Shown piece after piece: positions 62,043 to 64,000 of a stretch of 64,000 nt of DNA. The notes beneath the pieces are model-generated. The model made no database searches and was not told where the DNA came from. It worked only from the letters and a program-made list of their open reading frames with translations. The translations under genes and the position numbers were made by a program. Every line of letters starts with the position of its first letter. The stretch's first letter is position 1. Source of the DNA: Synechococcus sp. (lineage in GTDB: Bacteria; Cyanobacteriota; Cyanobacteriia; PCC-6307; Cyanobiaceae); NCBI GenBank assembly GCA_047285305.1, contig JBJBDL010000003.1, positions 640,001-704,000 of the forward strand, read 5' to 3'.

Positions 62043-64000
62043 ATTAATTGAGTTGCTAAAATTTTTATAAGTTATTTGCATTTATTCTGAGCTTTAGGGT
62101 GCTCTTATTGATGATTTCTGGAAGACAATAAATGGCAAATCTGCTGCTACTGACTCGTGGTCGCTTGGCAAAAATATTCTCTAGATTAGACTTCAGTATT
62201 GCCCTCGCCTTGTTCTGAGTTCCTAAATTGCAATCAACACCTCGCTTTGCTGGGCAGTCGATATTTTTGAATCTAAAAAGTAATTAAATTTGGTTACAAA
62301 TAATCTTTTTGTGCCATATGTGCTTACGCTTATATTCCATGACTACCTTAAGAAGTTGATGCCTATACGCGATTTAAACTCAAAAATCTCACTTAAAGTA
62401 GTGTTTATATTCTATATCGTGATTACACTGGTTGGCGTCTCTTCACATGTGCTCTGGCGTGATGAGATGCAGGGTTGGTTAGTAGCAGTAGGAAGCTCAA
62501 ATGTTTTTGAGCTGTGGAATAATAATGCTCCATCTGGACACCCTATAGTTTACCCATTATTAACGTTTATTTCTTCATTGATATATGCAAATCCTTTGTC
62601 CATGCAGCTAATGCAATGGTCACTCGCCGCGATTTGTGTGTTTATCTTTTTACGACGAGCTCCTTTCTCAAAGTTTCAGAAGTTATTATTTGCATTTGGC
62701 TATTTCCCGTTTTGGGAGTATTGCCTTATCTCTAGGCACTATGTTGTAATTCAGCTTTTGTCTTTTGTCGGCGTAATTTATGTAAGCAAGAGAAAGTATA
62801 GCCTAGTTGGCATATCATTTCTTATAGCTTTGCTGCTGAATACTCATGCTCTCGCTTGGAGTATTGCAATTGGATTCTTTATTACAATAGCCGATGACTT
62901 TTTATATAAAGGATTGCGCAAAGGTGAGTGGGAGTTTTCTTTTGCAGATTCTTTGAATTACCTTTCATCTGCGATTGTTTTAATTATCGCTACATGGTTG
63001 TCATTAAATAGCCTTTTTCAGACCTCCCGAAGTATTGACAGTGCGTCCATTGATGTAAACTTGAAGTCTATTTTAGTTGCTTTTGGCAGATACTTGGGCG
63101 GTAATGTTTTAATTGTACCTAACTCCTCTCGATGGCTGGATTTATCAGTGTCAGCTTCTGTATCTGTTGCATTAATGATAGCCACTATCTTGTATATACG
63201 GTGTTCACGAAAAGCGCTATTATTCTTTTGTTCGTCTACATTTTGTTTGCTTTGCTTTAATGCTGCTGTATATAGTGGAGCAGGCTCAAGGCATTTCGGA
63301 ATTTATTTTATAATTGTAATGGCTTCGGTTTGGCTTTGTAGATCAGATCTTTCGACATTATGCAGCAGTTCGGTGATCAATGCTAAGCAGTCATATTTAA
63401 TTGAATCTAAATCTAGATTCTCGCTATTTTTATCTATCATTCTAGTCATTCATTTCTTTGCAGGGATTCATAGAGTTTCCCTTGATATTGTTTACCCATA
63501 TTCTGCGAGTAAAGAAGTTGCTACTTTTATAAGAAATTCAGAGTATGCTAATTGGCCTTTGTTTGGTTCCAGGGATGTAGAGCTTGCTTCTGTCTCGGGT
63601 TATCTTGGGAAATCAATTTATTATCCTGAAATCAATCGATTAGGTACCTTTACTGAGTGGGTTAATCGGAATTCATCATTAAGCAGAGAGAACTCATTGG
63701 ATTATATTCAAGAATACATGGATTCACATCCAAATATTAATTCGTTGCTTGTAATTCTAAGCAATAGCTCAAATTTAAAGCATGATTTTGGGCGAGGCCA
63801 TTTAGAACTCTCCGATGATATATCGATTGAATTTGTCAAAAGTTTTCTTCGTTCGTATAACAAGCCAGAAAGATACTATATTTATAAAGTTGGTCGCGCT
63901 ATCAAAGTCTTGAGTGAGTGATGTGCAATATCCTGTATCGATTCTCTGAATTTTATTGAGAGACAATCTTTCTTTCCCAATGCAGTTGCTTGACAAACTT
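62043..64000. other. Start of AT-rich genomic island, continues beyond the window
   Basis: Abrupt switch from GC-rich DNA to roughly one-third G+C (two 60-nt lines counted by hand: 43% and 30%) exactly at the end of the psbD fragment. Confidence 0.85.
62290..63921 (+). CDS. Polytopic membrane protein, putative GT-C-fold glycosyltransferase
   Basis: First TM followed by HVLWRDEMQGW (acidic DE) and GHP; about 10 or more TM helices and a soluble C-terminal domain; start may be ATG at 62359. Confidence 0.65.
   Translation: MVTNNLFVPYVLTLIFHDYLKKLMPIRDLNSKISLKVVFIFYIVITLVGVSSHVLWRDEMQGWLVAVGSSNVFELWNNNAPSGHPIVYPLLTFISSLIYANPLSMQLMQWSLAAICVFIFLRRAPFSKFQKLLFAFGYFPFWEYCLISRHYVVIQLLSFVGVIYVSKRKYSLVGISFLIALLLNTHALAWSIAIGFFITIADDFLYKGLRKGEWEFSFADSLNYLSSAIVLIIATWLSLNSLFQTSRSIDSASIDVNLKSILVAFGRYLGGNVLIVPNSSRWLDLSVSASVSVALMIATILYIRCSRKALLFFCSSTFCLLCFNAAVYSGAGSRHFGIYFIIVMASVWLCRSDLSTLCSSSVINAKQSYLIESKSRFSLFLSIILVIHFFAGIHRVSLDIVYPYSASKEVATFIRNSEYANWPLFGSRDVELASVSGYLGKSIYYPEINRLGTFTEWVNRNSSLSRENSLDYIQEYMDSHPNINSLLVILSNSSNLKHDFGRGHLELSDDISIEFVKSFLRSYNKPERYYIYKVGRAIKVLSE

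Noticed and set aside
63980..64000. Possible start of the next island gene (MQLLDKL)
   Set aside because: Only seven codons before the window edge; cannot be supported.

Overview
GC-rich picocyanobacterial chromosome, most consistent with marine Synechococcus on gene content and order. Positions 1 to ~60,730 are dense core genome: prfB with its programmed +1 frameshift, grxC-gshB, phylloquinone genes (menF/A/C/E plus thioesterase), NDH-1 subunits (ndhH, ndhAIGE, ndhD1/F1, ndhM), crtP-crtB, plsX-fabH-fabD-plsC, regulators (Rre1/Ycf29, HrcA, PedR-like, RbcR/Ycf30-like, RpaB, RpaA), a Cu P1B-ATPase, tRNA-Asn and a stand-alone psbD. One membrane-protein gene after purE is interrupted by an in-frame TAG. 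The most unusual part is the last 3.9 kb. A 465-bp internal piece of psbD (60137-60601) recurs at 61578-62042 with one synonymous mismatch. The two copies bracket the psbD 3' end, its terminator and an accessory membrane-protein gene. The second copy ends exactly where an AT-rich island begins, which encodes a GT-C-like polytopic membrane protein. This suggests psbD is acting as a recombination anchor for a variable cell-surface island. All calls come from reading the sequence and translations; no database searches were run.
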